A DNA stretch of 53,342 bases, the filler included, from Basidiobolus ranarum (Eukaryota): NCBI GenBank assembly GCA_040143965.1. It is 2 parts of 2 records of this genome, joined end to end, with 100 filler letters (N's around TTAATTAATTAA, not from the genome) between each part and the next. Parts side by side here need not be neighbours in the genome. Positions count along the whole stretch, not along the records: positions 1 to 26,781 come from JASJQH010007005.1; 1 more part is not named here. One strand, written 5' to 3'. Of the stretch, positions 10,960 to 24,537 are shown in pieces; positions within the stretch are counted from its first letter, which is position 1, and every line of letters starts with the position of its first letter. A program made the position numbers and the translations under genes. A model generated the notes under the pieces. It worked only from the letters and a program-made list of their open reading frames with translations. It did not search any database and had not been told where the DNA came from.

Positions 10960-13068
10960 TTACTCATCAGTCACACATCCATCGGATGCAGATTTGACAT
11001 TCTTAATATACTTGTGAAGAGTACCGCGAGTAACCTTGAGAGTTGGTGGGGTCCACTTACTACGACGTTCAGCAAACTCTTCGTCACTAATATGGACAGT
11101 CATCTTCTTGGTGTTAGCGTCGATGGTAATCTTATCGCCATTCTCAACAAGAGCAATGGGCCCTCCAACTTGTGCTTCAGGGGTAATGTGACCAATGATG
11201 AAGCCGTGACTGCCACCAGAGAAGCGGCCATCAGTAAGTAAAGCAACATCCTTGCCTAAACCGGCCCCCATAATGGCACTGGTAGGAGTTAACATTTCTG
11301 GCATACCTGGACCACCCTTGGGACCCTCATAACGAATAATAATTACATCACCCTTTTGAATTTCCTTACGCTCAAGGGAGCTCAACATGTCCTCTTCACA
11401 GTTAAAGACACGGGCAGTACCATCGAAATGTAGTCCTTCCTTGCCTGTAATCTTGGCCACAGAACCCTCAGGGGCAAGGTTACCACGCAGAATTTGAAGA
11501 TGGCCAGATGCTTTGATGGGGTTGGAGAGGGGAAGGATGACGTCTTGACCTGCCTTCAAACCAGGAACAACGGACAAGTTTTCCTTCAAGGTTTTTCCAG
11601 TAACTGTCAAGCAATCACCGTGAATTAAGCCTTCTTCCATCAGATATTTAAGGATAGCGGGTGTACCACCGATAGTATGAACATCCTCCATTACGTATTT
11701 TCCGCTTGGCTTCAGATCAGCAATGAATGGTGTTTTATCACTAATTGCCTGGAAATCATCTATGGTCAATTTGACATCGCAAGCTCTTGCAACAGCGATC
11801 AAATGGAGAACAGCGTTGGTTGAGCCACCAAGTGCCATAATTAAAGTGATGGCATTTTCAAAGGCCTCTCTAGTCATAATATCCCTGGGTTTAATATCTT
11901 GCTCCATAAGGTTACGAATGGCAGCGCCAGCCTGGAAACATTCTTCAAGCTTCTCGGGGTATGCTGCAGGAGTTGATGAACTGTAAGGAAGACACATGCC
12001 CATTGCCTCAATAGCACTGGCCACTGAAAAGATAAAATATCATCAGTACAGAAGTTACTTAATTGGGATTCTTGTAGAGAGCGAATTACTTGTATTGGCG
12101 GTATACATTCCTCCACAGGCACCTGGTCCAGGGCAGGAGTTTCTTACAATATCGGAACGTTGCTCTTCGGTGATGGTACCGGCGAGGTATTCACCGTAGC
12201 ACTGGAATGCAGACACGATATCAAGAGAGCCACCACCACAACCAGATTTACCAGGCTTAATGGTACCACCATAGACAACTAATGAGGGACGATTGACACG
12301 CGCCATGGCAATAAGGCAACCAGGCATGTTCTTATCGCAGCCTGTTAATCAAGTTAACATTAGTATAGAGCTACATAAACAGTAAACATAAATTAATCTT
12401 ACCAGGAAGAGAGATGTTGGCATCATACCATTGTCCGTTCATCACTGTTTCAATAGAATCAGCGATGATGTCTCTAGATTGTAGAGAGTATGACATTCCT
12501 CTTGTTCCCATACTAATACCATCACTAACACCAATGGTATTGAAACGATATCCAATGAGACCAGCTTGGGCTACACCATCCTTTACTACTTTGGCCAAGT
12601 CCATAAGATGCATATTACATGGATTTCCTTCGTACCAGCTATAATAAACAAAAATTAAAACGAAATACTTCTCAACGGCCAGGTACTGCTCTACTTACAC
12701 ACTGGAAATACCAACTTGGGCTTTGCTCATATCTTCTGGCTTAAGACCAGTTGCATACACTAAACACAAAAATGGTGAATCTTAAGTAAAAACAGGAGCC
12801 AAGAAAAATAATCGTACACATAGCCTGTGAGGCACCCTGGGATTTGGGCTGAGTAATCTTGGCACTAAATTGATTGATATTTTTGGTCTCTGAAGAGTAA
12901 GCACGAGTGTTCGAAACAACTGTAGGCAGAGCACCACAGGCTCTAAATTCAAAAAAAAAGTTTAATAGGCTTTCTGAAAGTAAACATATATGACGAAACA
13001 AACCTCTTTGCAGTTTGAGAAAGTCTGCAACATTTTGAAGAATTTAGAAGAGAAGTGAGTTGCGACAT
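10960..13068 (-). CDS. ILV3: Dihydroxy-acid dehydratase, mitochondrial precursor, multi-exon
   Basis: Presequence [22 protein letters not shown]...; [39 protein letters not shown] and TDGRFSGG motifs. Confidence 0.96.
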
Positions 13069-13241
13069 GACGCAGATACGATAACTACTGCTGGGAATGA
13101 TTGAGAAAAAAGCGGGGATGCGGGCTTTAAGTATTCATTCGGACGGCCAGTTAATATTCGTATTATCCACCATATTATGCAAATCACAATTAATGGAGCT
13201 GATAATCATGAATTCTACCTAAGAAAGGAACTCATGATACT

Positions 13242-13444
13242 TGAGTCATGTGGCATGAATATTTGTCGAAGCTAATCTGATACTATATGAGGGTTGCCAC
13301 TGTTACTGGGCAGCTCAAACGTTAGTTACATTTCTCTGTACACGCATGGACATACAAGTTAGTCTGTATGTTTTGAAAGCTGGTGAAACAACCGACCGGT
13401 TGAATCTAAGGATTTGGTAAATTTAGTAAGCATTTAGTGACTCA
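13242..13444. promoter_or_regulatory. Two Gcn4/CpcA-type sites (TGAGTCAT 13242-13249; TGACTCA 13438-13444) upstream of ILV3
   Basis: Perfect TGA(C/G)TCA matches ~175 and ~370 bp upstream of an amino-acid biosynthetic gene. Confidence 0.6.
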
Positions 13445-14267
13445 CCATGATCACTCTCCAAATGTTCCATGTGATGAAAAATCATATATGGCCACTCAAG
13501 TGATACTAGATTGTGAGCATCCAGTCCCATTGGACTATCGTATAGCGTCAATATGGGTCATTCTCCATCTTTATCTTGATACCAACACGAACCCTAATTC
13601 ATGCACAAAGTATTGGGCGTCAAGTATAAGCTAAGTATCGACATACGTTGACTCCAACTTCAAAACCATTTACTTCAGAGTGACAGGGCTGTGGATTCCT
13701 GTTGATCGCTGTTGTTCTAATTGTACTTATTGGGGATCAAAATTCTTTTTGGGGGGCTCCACAGTTGATAATCAGTTGGTGGCTTGTGTGTAACAAAGCC
13801 AAAGCAGTAGTAAGTTGGAGTTCTGAAATGGACGTTCTGCTTATTATGATCTAGGTAGGTAAACATATATGTTCAAATATGCTTCTACAGCTGCTCACAT
13901 GCACAAGCTTATTCTTGCTTCTACCGTACTATCCAATCCTATCTTCTAGTAATCAAGTCATTCGATGTAAATTAGTGGTATGTGCTTACTTCTCTACAAT
14001 TTGAACCGCTATTACCTACTAATTTCACGAGGATTCTTTCAATCAAAGGGGTCTTGTCAGATAGTGGTGCTTGCCGATAAAAAAATATCTACTTAAACTG
14101 CATATAATAATCGTATGGTGTTTATCTATACTTATTTATGACATCATTTTATCATGTTTGCCTCGTAATTGATGCATATTATTGATAAATTAATCACATT
14201 GTTAACTCCTCTACAAACTGTTAAACTTGCTACCTTTGTAATTGCTCTTACATAGTACATACCGGAC

Positions 14268-15461
14268 ATGGTTTTAGAAACTAAATATTACGATATTCTC
14301 AATATTTCTGTGGATGCCACTGAAACTGACATAAAAAAAGCCTATCGCAAAGGCTCTTTACAATGGCATCCAGACAGAAATTTAGACCGCAAAGAAGAGG
14401 CGGAACAGAGATTCAAATTGTTAGCCGAAGCCTATGAAGTATTAGGAGATGGTATTTATTGGATTTAACGTTATCGTATGAAAGATCCACATTTTAAGTT
14501 TTCTTTAAAGCCGAAAAGCGTGCCATTTACGATCGTTACGGTAAGTATAAAATTCAAAATTTCAAATAAATGCACCGTTTCAAATATGGCTACGTAGGTG
14601 AACAAGGTCTTAAAAATGGCGGCTATCCCTCTGATGATCCTAGCAGAGGTTCAAACTTTTCTGCTGGAGGCTATCCTTCGAATGGCTATAACACTGGGTC
14701 AAGCTTTTCAGCTGGTGGCTTTCAGGTAGTGTTATTAATTTTATGTAATTCTGCAGTGACTCTAACAAATACCTATAATAGTTTCATTCTGCGGAGGATG
14801 TTTTCAATTCTTTTTTCAATGGACAAGATCCGTTTGCAAATTTCTTTGGAGGTTATAAAATTCTCAACTTAAGTTATATATATGTTGTTGCTTTTACTAA
14901 AGAATGATGCATAGGGGGGAATACATTTGGTAGAGATCCCTTCTTTTCGCAACAAATGAGCGGATTTGGAGGAATGAATAACGACTTCTTTGGAAATAGC
15001 TTCAACCCGAACCCAATGAACAATAACTTCCACTTGAATCCAATGAACAATAACTTCCACCCAAATCCAATGAACAATAATTTTAACTCGAATCCGATGA
15101 ACAACTTTAGCCCGAACCCAATGGGTAATAGCTTTCATAACTTTGGATTTGACAACTCCTCAAACTTCGCTTCCTTTGGTAATTTTGGAGCTGTCAATGG
15201 TGGTGGAGTATCCACCTCGACCTCCACTCGTATTGTTAATGGCCAAAGAACGACTGTTATGCGTACCACCGATGCCCAGGTAATGTTTTACGCTTCAAAC
15301 CAAAGTATTTCATCAAGAATAACAGTTGATTTGTTGTAAAAATTCGATAGGGAAATGTCAGAACAACCACAAAATATCCCAATGGACATGTTCAGACAGA
15401 GATAAACGGAGTTATACAGATCGAAGACAATACATCCAGGAAGCCCATTCAAATTGATTGA
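14268..15461 (+). CDS. DnaJ/Hsp40 class B co-chaperone (DNAJB6-like), 6 exons
   Basis: J domain with HPD motif (QWHPDRN); G/F-rich region ([13 protein letters not shown]); C-terminal [11 protein letters not shown]...TEING motif; TGA at 15459-15461. Confidence 0.9.
15004..15135 (+). repeat. Coding tandem repeat, ~27-nt unit x5 (xxNPMNNNF)
   Basis: [44 protein letters not shown]. Confidence 0.9.
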
Positions 15462-15782
15462 TTATGTATGAGAATGCTTTCATTGAACAGCCCTGATTGT
15501 TAAACAGTAAATTAGATCATTGCAGTATTTCATATATGTATATCTCCTCTGTGTCCCAGCTATCATAACATTTCTTTTCAAGTGCCTGCTACGTTTTGAT
15601 ACCATATTCAACTGACGTGACTAGCAATAAACATAATCTCATAAACGCCACCAGCTGAAAAATAACATCTCTGTGGTGAGCATAAATTCAGATTCCGAAA
15701 AGAATACTTAAGGATAATGAATTGGGTGACAGGACTGAGCTTTGGAGGTATCCAGAAGTAAGATTAATCATGTTTAGCTATA

Positions 15783-16188
15783 TAGCCAAAGAACTGGTTC
15801 AAAAGGGTCAACATAATCAGCAAATACGATAAAATTCCTTCATGTACTTGATAAGAGTACTAATTTGGTTAATACCATACTTGACAACAACAGGCTTCCA
15901 GAACTCGACTTTTACACCCTCAACAGTAACTTGAGCTTCGGGATAATATTTGTTCAAAACGTTGCAATTTTGGTAGCAGTATTACGATCGAAATTCTTAA
16001 TAAATCGGCTGGTAGTATGAGGAACATTTCTTTGATGCTGAAGGCGAACATACTCTGACGAGACGTGTCAAATCACACCTGGGTTGAATATTGGCACCAA
16101 TACCCAAGTTCTTGAGAGTATTTTCGAACAAAGGGCTCTTAGTTGTCTTGTTTGATTGCTTCTCCTTCAAACGGTATGGAGTTGGTGT
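15783..16188 (-). pseudogene. RPL8: 60S ribosomal protein eL8 (L7a/Rpl8) pseudogene
   Basis: Fragments in shifting frames: KSPLFENTLKNLGIGANIQPRCDLTRLV / EYVRLQHQR / FDRNTATK / LNKYYPE / KPVVVKYGINQISTLIK / ADYVDPFEPVLWL, with frameshifts and deletions. Confidence 0.85.
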
Positions 16189-16618
16189 AAATACTTTATA
16201 CTTTACTTTAGGTTAAGGATGGGTGTGGTATTCTAATCTGATAATTGCCAGAAACCATCACTTTACTTAGCTAAACTTTGTTGTTGTAACTTGAGTAGTT
16301 TCAAATCAAAGAATAAACAAAAAATGTTTGTTAAATTAGTAAATATTTACCAAGTATTCATTCTATCTATCTCATGTTTACTCACGAAATATGTACAATA
16401 GCCATCTTGAAATTTTTTCTTTCTCGGATATTTTTGTCTATTTTTATACATTAACTTGATTAAATTATAGATCAAATCTCTTATTCTATCTAGAAGTTTC
16501 ATAATTGTTTAACATTACGAGGTTTGAAGAGTAATCTACTTGAACAATTATTTTAGCTATAAGTTATTATTCGACTTCGAGAGTTGAATGAACTTTTCTG
16601 GATAACTCTACTTAGACA

Positions 16619-17233
16619 ATGAACGCGCCAGACCGTTTCGAATTATTTATCCTTCCTGAAGGTGTTAAAAAGTAATTATGCTGTTAAATTAGTTTACTCA
16701 CATCACCTGGGGATCTAACATTCTTTCTAGGGTTTCGGTAGAGCCTGATACCAAAATCCCCAATGCAGCAACAATAACAATTCAAAAGGAGGACCATACA
16801 TTGGCCAACATTTTGCGTTTGTAAGTGTACATGGGCAAGTTAAGAAAAGATACAGATTCTCATACGTCAGTTTATTTAGCCAACTCTTGAAAGATCCCCG
16901 AGTGTTGTTTGCTGGATATAAAGCTCCACATCCATTGGAGCATCTTTTTTACTTGAAGATCCAGACCACTCCTGAAACTACCCCAGTTGCTGCTTTGTCA
17001 GATGCTATTAACGAGCTGATCGGTGAATATGGAACCATCAGACAAAGATTTGAGGTACAGCATTCCTTTGTATATTGTGTTGTAAAGGTATTCGTTATTA
17101 ATTCCTCTCATACTTTCTCTAGTACGATTTAACACGTGCTCGCGCTGAACAAGAAGCAAGGACCGCTGGTGGTGCCGATTTTGTTGACATGCACACTGGA
17201 ATGGACACCGAAACTGCTGATTTAGACTTTTAA
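16619..17233 (+). CDS. RPB11: RNA polymerase II subunit RPB11, 4 exons
   Basis: MNAPDRFELFIL...TIQKEDHTLANILR...DPRVLFAGYKAPHPLEH; TAA at 17231-17233. Confidence 0.96.
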
Positions 17234-17831
17234 ATTTGATATTTAGTTCGTTGTATAAGACATATAATTACAGTTCCCTAACAATCATTGCGTAGTTACT
17301 GATGTCCATCCTGCTGGGGTTGTTCTGTACGAATTTTGTACTATTCTTCCATAGAGGAATTTGAATAAGCAATTTGTCTACATTTATATCTACTTTTGTT
17401 TGGTATTGATTAACTATAAGCTCATGTAGTAAACTTCATGAGCCATCACTTCTGTTAAGCTTATGTTTATTATTGTAATTTCTTGTGAATGGTAACTGGC
17501 TAGTGCTGTGTGCCTACTGTCAGTACGGTGGATTGAATATGTCTGCTGCGATCAACTATTATTTTCATATGTGCTTACATCCTGTCTTTTGCTAAGGATA
17601 TTAGAGTGTTCATAGTGTTATATACAAACATTTCCACAAAAAATAGCATTGAATATTTAGTGAATGTTGTACATTCCACACATCACGTGGATGCATTTTT
17701 AGCATTATAGTCTCGTACAAATTGAAGAATTCCCAGTCACCTGTTTTTTATTCGTTTACACATAGAATCTGTAATATTGAAGTTTGAAGTAGATTTGTCG
17801 GGAGGAATATACAGAATCGTAGTAGTAAGAA

Positions 17832-20800
17832 ATGACGGTAGAGGAACTTAAAGCGCATGTGGTTCTAGAAGAACCTCCATATAGACGAAAAAGCTCGTCT
17901 GCGGTATCTTCTTTCTATCAGCAATTATCAATCCGTATTGATGCACCCGTCAGAAACATGTCGATATCTCCGTCGGGTAGGGATATCGTACTTGCCTCGT
18001 GAGTGCTAACTCATCATTTATTTCTTTTTGCACCCACTTAATATTGTGTTACAGACGTGTAGGATTGTACATATTGGATTTGGAAACTCCATATAAACCA
18101 CCCAGAGTCATTCATCATTATTCACGTTGGGATGTTGCGGACGTTATGTGGAATCCACACAATTCTCGAGACACTTGGATTGTTTCTACGGTACTTGACA
18201 CAATTTAAAGGAATAATTTAAATTAGGAAACCCCATTAATCCTACTTGTAAATATAGGCAAACCAAAAAACATTAGTTTGGAATGTGGCTTTATCAGCGC
18301 CAAGATCTATTGAATATGTTCTCCATGGTCACTCACGAGCCATCACAGATGTTTCGTGGTCACCTATTGATCCACAACTCCTTGGAACCTCTTCAATCGA
18401 TACCTTTGTACATATATGGGATTTAAGAACCCCTTCCAGACCTAGTCAGTCATTTTGTGCATGGACAGGTATATAACTCTGAACTTATGTTGGATAACTT
18501 TAGAGAGGTAATAACACAACTTAAACCACAGCCGGAGCCACGCAAATTGATTTCAATCCGAATAATGAATACTTGATCGCTTCTTCGCACGAAACCGAAC
18601 TTAATATCTGGGATTGCAGAGCACGTATTCATATTATTGTTAGAAATTCTATTGTTATTAATCGAATATCGGCATACTATAGAAAGGAACTGAACCAGTG
18701 ATAAAATTTTCTCCTCAAAATAACCGAGTATATGGTATTAATTGGAATACGCACAACCCGAAAGAAATCTTAACATGTGGTCTAGATAAAACCGTCAAGG
18801 TAGGCTTATCAATCGATCAAATGCCATATGTTTGCGATATATCTTCATCTGTTGTAATCAAATATTAGATTTGGAATATTGACGACGCTTCAAAGTGTTA
18901 TGGAACGATAACTACCAATTCACCGATACGTAGAGCACGATTTACGGTTAGTTTTCTGTAACCGGTAACTCATTAAGACAAGGAAGTGTTTCTAATTCTG
19001 TTTACTGCTTAATAGCCCTTTGGTGATGGGATTGTAACAATGCCTCAGCGTGGAGATGCCAACATGTATATGTGGAGTCGTAGTGACCTCACCAAGCCTG
19101 TTTGTACGTTTGAAGGACATACAGACACAATTCGAGAATTTGTATGGCGTATTCGAGGGGAAAAGATGAGCACTAAAGGTAAATCGATGATAACTTCAAC
19201 TAGTACAAGCTCTGACCTTTTGCTCATAATTAAATATGTTTATTAAGATTTTCGAGAGTTCCAACTGGTGAGTTGGTCGAATGACCAGCATTTGAGGTTA
19301 TGGCCTATTGATGACTCTAATTTTGTTGTAAGTAAAGTTAAGCATGTTGATGTAAGGAGTGGACCTTTAGTAATTTCATTCGTTATATAGGCACTAGGCC
19401 ATAAGTCTGCAGTTACTCAACCAGCCTCTCCTATCACTCAAAATGCACAAACAGTTTCTTACAGACAAGGGAATGGACGTGCAAGTTCGGGACATGTCGT
19501 ATCGCCTCCGCTAACATCGTACTTCTCAGGCCATAGCCATGAGCGGAATATTGGCCCTACATTCTCAGTCGTACGCCCTTCTACATTAGCTGCTTTAACT
19601 CGCGGCACCGCTGGATTTTCACCTGGCAATACAAGTACGATACTCCACCGTGAGAGACGTTCCATGTCACCATTGGGATGGATGCAGGGCGTTCGTATGC
19701 TAAAATCTGGCGGTGAGGATAATGAGGTGTTTTCTGGCAACCCGCACAACTTGGCTGAAGAGTTTGCCTGGATATCTAAAAAATATCAAGATATTGTTAA
19801 GTTTGAAAAAATCAACTTATCTAATAGGACCTGCACCCTCACTCTTTATGGTCCTTGGTCGGATAATGGTTCAGCATTCCTGAGAGTAAATATAACGTTC
19901 CCAACCGACTACCCCGATGATACTGCCCCTTTGTTTGACATACAGAAGACAGGAGTATTGCAGGATTCTAGCTTGGCTCACCTTTTAGAGGTATCACCAT
20001 CATGCAAATATGTTAAACACTGACATTACTTTATGAACTCATATTTTTCTATGGCTAGCAATTACAACAAATATCAGTTGCTCACGTACTAAACAAAGCG
20101 CCATGTTTGGATGAATGTATTAATTTCCTCTTGGGAGAGAGCTTCCCAGATGATAGTATGGATAAACTTAACATCGATGATTCTGATGACGAGTCTATAC
20201 AGCATCGTGAAGGTAGAAGATTAGCGTCAGTGATCGCAGACAAAGATGACCAAAATGTCCCGTTTCCACGGATGTGCGGTGCGATTTTTACTGGCAACGG
20301 TATGTACACTTTGTTAGGCATAATGTTTGATGATTTTTTACTGAAATGCAAGTAGACAAACTTGTTTATTTTTTCTCCTCACTGCGCTTACCCAATTTGG
20401 GCACCATGGGATCAAAACCCGGGAAGTCAAAAAGTAGTATGAAATCCTCATATACGTATGTGCATCCGCGTTCCTATGATTCTCTGGAGCAATTTAAAGC
20501 TGTATCGAGGTTGCCAAAGAGAATCACTACTCGCAGGTTGGAGGAAGGTAATTCTCTTGAAGATCAGGATCAAGATGAAGATGAGCTACTCACCATTCCG
20601 TCACTCTTCTTCAAGCCAAAGGTAATGCCTTTGAGAATATCTCCTTATACATTTACATTTTCAATTAAGCGTATGATTCTGATTCTAGAATCTACAACCA
20701 ACAAGAGGAATCTCCGCGGCCGATACTCCTGGTGATGTTGCACTCTATCCAGGTGCGAAACAGCAAAGTTCTGGAAATTTCATAGGTATCATGGATGTCA

Positions 20801-22690
20801 GTGGGTTGTTGCCAATTAGTCGTGAATTAGCCCCACATTACACGTTAGTATTGCTTCATAATTATGCATTTCAACTTCATTTTCTTTGCTAATTCGCTTC
20901 GGTTTGTTAGATTACTTGGTGATGATCCTGTCCTGGTATGTCGACACAATGCCAAAGCAGCATTGGGACATGACAGAGATGACCTTTTCAAAGTGTGGTC
21001 ATTGGCAGCTTTAATATTAACTGAGTGTGTTGGTGGAATTGAGAATATAGTCAAAGCGAAGGATCTAGTACACCATGATATGGTGCATGAAAGCATGAAC
21101 TCACTCATTGACAACAAAAGAATATTAGAAACAGCTGGCTGGGGAGGTCATCCATTTGGACGTGTCATGGTCCAAAGTTTGTACGTAGTGTTGTCTTCCT
21201 AAATTCCTTACCTGATTTCTAACTGATCCTATCAAAGAATGCAACATTTCGAAAAACTAGGAGATGTCCAAACACTGGCACTTTTGGCATGTGTATTCTC
21301 AGAACCATTCCCACCTCGCGACAATATGATAATGGACAACATTCAGGTAAAACTCTCCAGTTAGCCTTTAAATCGAGAGTTTATTCGTATTCAACATGAG
21401 TTTATGTAGCCGGATCAACTGGGATCGACGGATTACTTCAATATCAGAAGCTACAGATCCAACTTTAACAATCCATCTTGGGGCGATAACAACGGAAATG
21501 CCACCATAGATCAAATTTTGAGAACACCTTTTACGGTGCCAGCAAAATTGCCTCGTTCAAGCTCCCTCTCCTCGCAATTCTCCAGTCGTCCGGGCTATCC
21601 GACCTTAGATGATTCTCCTCGTGGGATTCAACAATATGAAGGGTTTCAACCGAGTTAGTATTCATCAACTCCGTAGTGATATTCTATTTTCTAATACTTT
21701 CTCTATTTAGATATTTCACGGAAGGATTCATCAATACAAAACTTCAATACTCCTCGAGGTGCTTTCTCAAGTCAAAGCCACGTTCCTCCGGGAATTGGAA
21801 GTGGTGGTGGAAGTAGCAGCGCTAGTTATGCACCACCCCAGAGGAAGAATTCAATTGTATCTGCGTATAATCAGCCAGTGTATACTCCATTTTTGGGTAA
21901 CAGGAGTCGCCGTGGATCACTAACCTACGACTATACTGCTCCTTCACTTACTGCATTTAAAAGGAGAGCAGCTCCTAGCATAGTTCCTATTGATACTATA
22001 AAGATTACCATGATGAATGAAGATGAGTTTGACGATGAAAAACGGTAACTTTACCATCTGGTATATTGTTAATACAACTGCGGATACACGGTAACTTATT
22101 GCTTCACTAGACCTGCTAAAATGTCTCTGCTAGATCCGGCCTTAGGTGCCCGATACGATTACTATCGCATTGCTTATGCGGAAACTTTATATCGGTGGGG
22201 GCTGTTGGATGCGCGAGCTGAAGTTCTGAAGTTTATCGCAATACATAAGCCTTGGAATTCTTTAATCAGAAGTGAAAGTAGACAGATTGGGCTTGGTAGG
22301 GATTATTTGACCTGAAACTCATAATGGTATATATTACTAATATCATATTGTAGAGTTTGCTACTTATTGCTCCGAATGTAACAAAGAACTTCCACCTGGT
22401 GGTAAATGCTTCATATGCGATAGAAAACGAGCTGGCTTGAAATGTGTGATATGTCGAGTAACTGTGAAAGGTAGTATTTATGTTTATTTACTACTCTCTG
22501 AATATTGTTCACTAATATTATGGACGGATTTTCTTTCGCGACTATCTCAGGGTTAACCAACTTCTGTTTACTCTGTCTGCACGGAGGCCATAGTAACCAC
22601 ATGCGTGACTGGTTCATGGACAACCAAATGTGCCCTACAGGTTGTGGTTGCTTATGTATTTTAAATAATGGAGGGTTTGGTGCTTCGTAG
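17832..22690 (+). CDS. MTC5: GATOR2/SEACAT subunit WDR59/Mtc5 (Sea3): WD40 + RWD + C-terminal RING-like Zn finger, ~19 exons
   Basis: SISPSGRDIVLAS, HGHSRAITDVSW, RARFTPFGDG, RWD region, NVPFPRMCGAIF, WGGHPFGR, YAETLYRWGLL, CLHGGHSNHMRDWF..CPTGCGCLC. Confidence 0.92.
18621..18682 (+). other. Non-canonical GC-AG intron in MTC5
   Basis: IWDCR|gcacgt...tatag|KGTEPVIKF; only the GC donor keeps the frame. Confidence 0.75.
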
Positions 22691-23321
22691 TCACTATTGA
22701 ACTGAGCTTCCTGTTTGTGTTTAACTTGCACAAATGCAACCAGTGTATAGAAAGTAACTGAAACTACACTTTAACCCTCCATCAAGCATGTTCTATTTAT
22801 AAGTCACGACACTGCTCCTTTCCCAACCAATTACTAATACTCTACACTAAAGTGACTGGAGCTAAAACATAATAAAATTCTTTACTGGAACAAAAAGCAC
22901 CTTGAGATGGTCAGCTTTTTATCAAATAAATTTGGAGCACCCGACAAACCGTTATCACTATGTTAGAGAGAGAACGAACTGAAACTGCTGTTCAAAGAGT
23001 CGGATTGCTCATACTCTACACCTCAACACGTCTTCTGATCGACCGACGAGAAAGAAGAAATCTAAGAGGAGATTAGTTGTCCTCAGTGATTACGACATCC
23101 AATTTATCCCAAATTAAATTCAAAAAGAATCTTGACAGAGCGACGATATCTGGAATTTTCATAGGGGAAAGGCAGTAAGGATAAATGATTAGCAGTAAGA
23201 AAGGCACAATGGATAAGATAAAGTGTTGATCAAGAACATGAGTTTATTGTGCATGCCCAAATAAAGCAAGCGAATAAATAGGATTTGGAATGTGTAGTAG
23301 AGATAAGTATGCCCATTTGAC

Positions 23322-24537
23322 TTATGACTCCTCTGAAGGAATAACTGTTTGCAAGAATTTGGCCATATGTCTCAGCTCTTCATCGCAACAGGAGTGAGCC
23401 ATTCCTGGATAAGCATGGAACTCCACATTATAGCCCTTAGCCTGAAGTTGCTCGCTTGACATTTGACCAAACTGGAATTGAACAACCTGTGTGGATTGTT
23501 TGGATGGTTAAGAACAAATATGTCAAATCAGGAGAGAAAGTTAATGGAACTGAGTGAACTTACGGGATCAGCAGTACCGTGGCCCATGAAGATGGGAACT
23601 TTTTTGTCAGCTACCATCTAAATCCATGTAAAAATTAATGGGGATTGACTTCACTCTACTTTGTTAGCCGTAGCTTACCGAGAAAATGGTGTTACGAAGT
23701 GGAAGATATCCACTAAGAGCAACGATACCAGCAATTTTGTATTCAGTAGTCAACCCGGTCAAAAGAGACATAGCAGAACCTACAATGTAGATTAATCATT
23801 CAGTATTGAAGCATCGCATTTTCTGCACAGAAATCATAAAAATAACCTTGAGAGAAGCCAGCTAAAACAATTCGATTGGCAGGAATTCCAGCATCAATTT
23901 CTTTCTGGATAAGGGAGTTGACTGTGTAATACCTGTGTTAGTGGTAATCCTTTGGTCAGGAGTATGAAGGATTCAACTAAAATACTGACTGCTTCTAGAG
24001 GAGGCCAACATTCCCTTCTCGTCTTCCTCTCTGTCGATAGCCTCCAGAGAGTAGATATCATACCTTTCAAGTATATAAGAGTTATTATTTTGTATGAAGC
24101 ATCAACACAAGTACATAGTCTTTACCAAGAAGGCATGGCCATTCCGTTGTTGAGTGTTACGGGTTGGTTAGGTCTATATTGAAGATTTAACGTCTGAATT
24201 GTTGGACAAAATGGAATAGAGTAACACGTACGCGTTGGGTAAGACAAATTTAACGTGAGGAAGCAAAGGGGCAATTGAAGCTGTGGCAGGAGCCCTATTG
24301 AAATATATTTTCGTAAAGACAATTTTTGTAAAACACAATAACAAATATCTACCATCCATTTCCACTGTCACCTAAGCCATGAATGAAGATGACTGTAGCA
24401 CTGTGCTTCCCTCTAGCTGCTTGAATTACTGAAGTTAATGCTCTTGCGGACATGATAGATTCACTCGAACTATTATTGAAAGCAAACCAAAAGTAGGCCA
24501 AACAGAAGAATATGACACCAAATACAATTTTAATCAT
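23322..24537 (-). CDS. Acyl-protein thioesterase 1 / lysophospholipase (APT1); in-frame ATGs at 24537 and 24453
   Basis: ATVIFIHGLGDSGNGW, KFVLPNAP..PVTLNNGMAMPSWYDI, GFSQG nucleophile motif, GHGTADPVV, GMAHSC; TAA at 23322. Confidence 0.92.

Noticed and set aside
9913-11241. Long antisense ORFs over calmodulin and ILV3 (also 25661-26317 and 3438-3845)
   Set aside because: Shadow ORFs produced by codon bias of the real genes on the opposite strand.
22860-23170. Coding-like stretch between MTC5 and APT1
   Set aside because: Stops in all frames examined and no recognisable motif.
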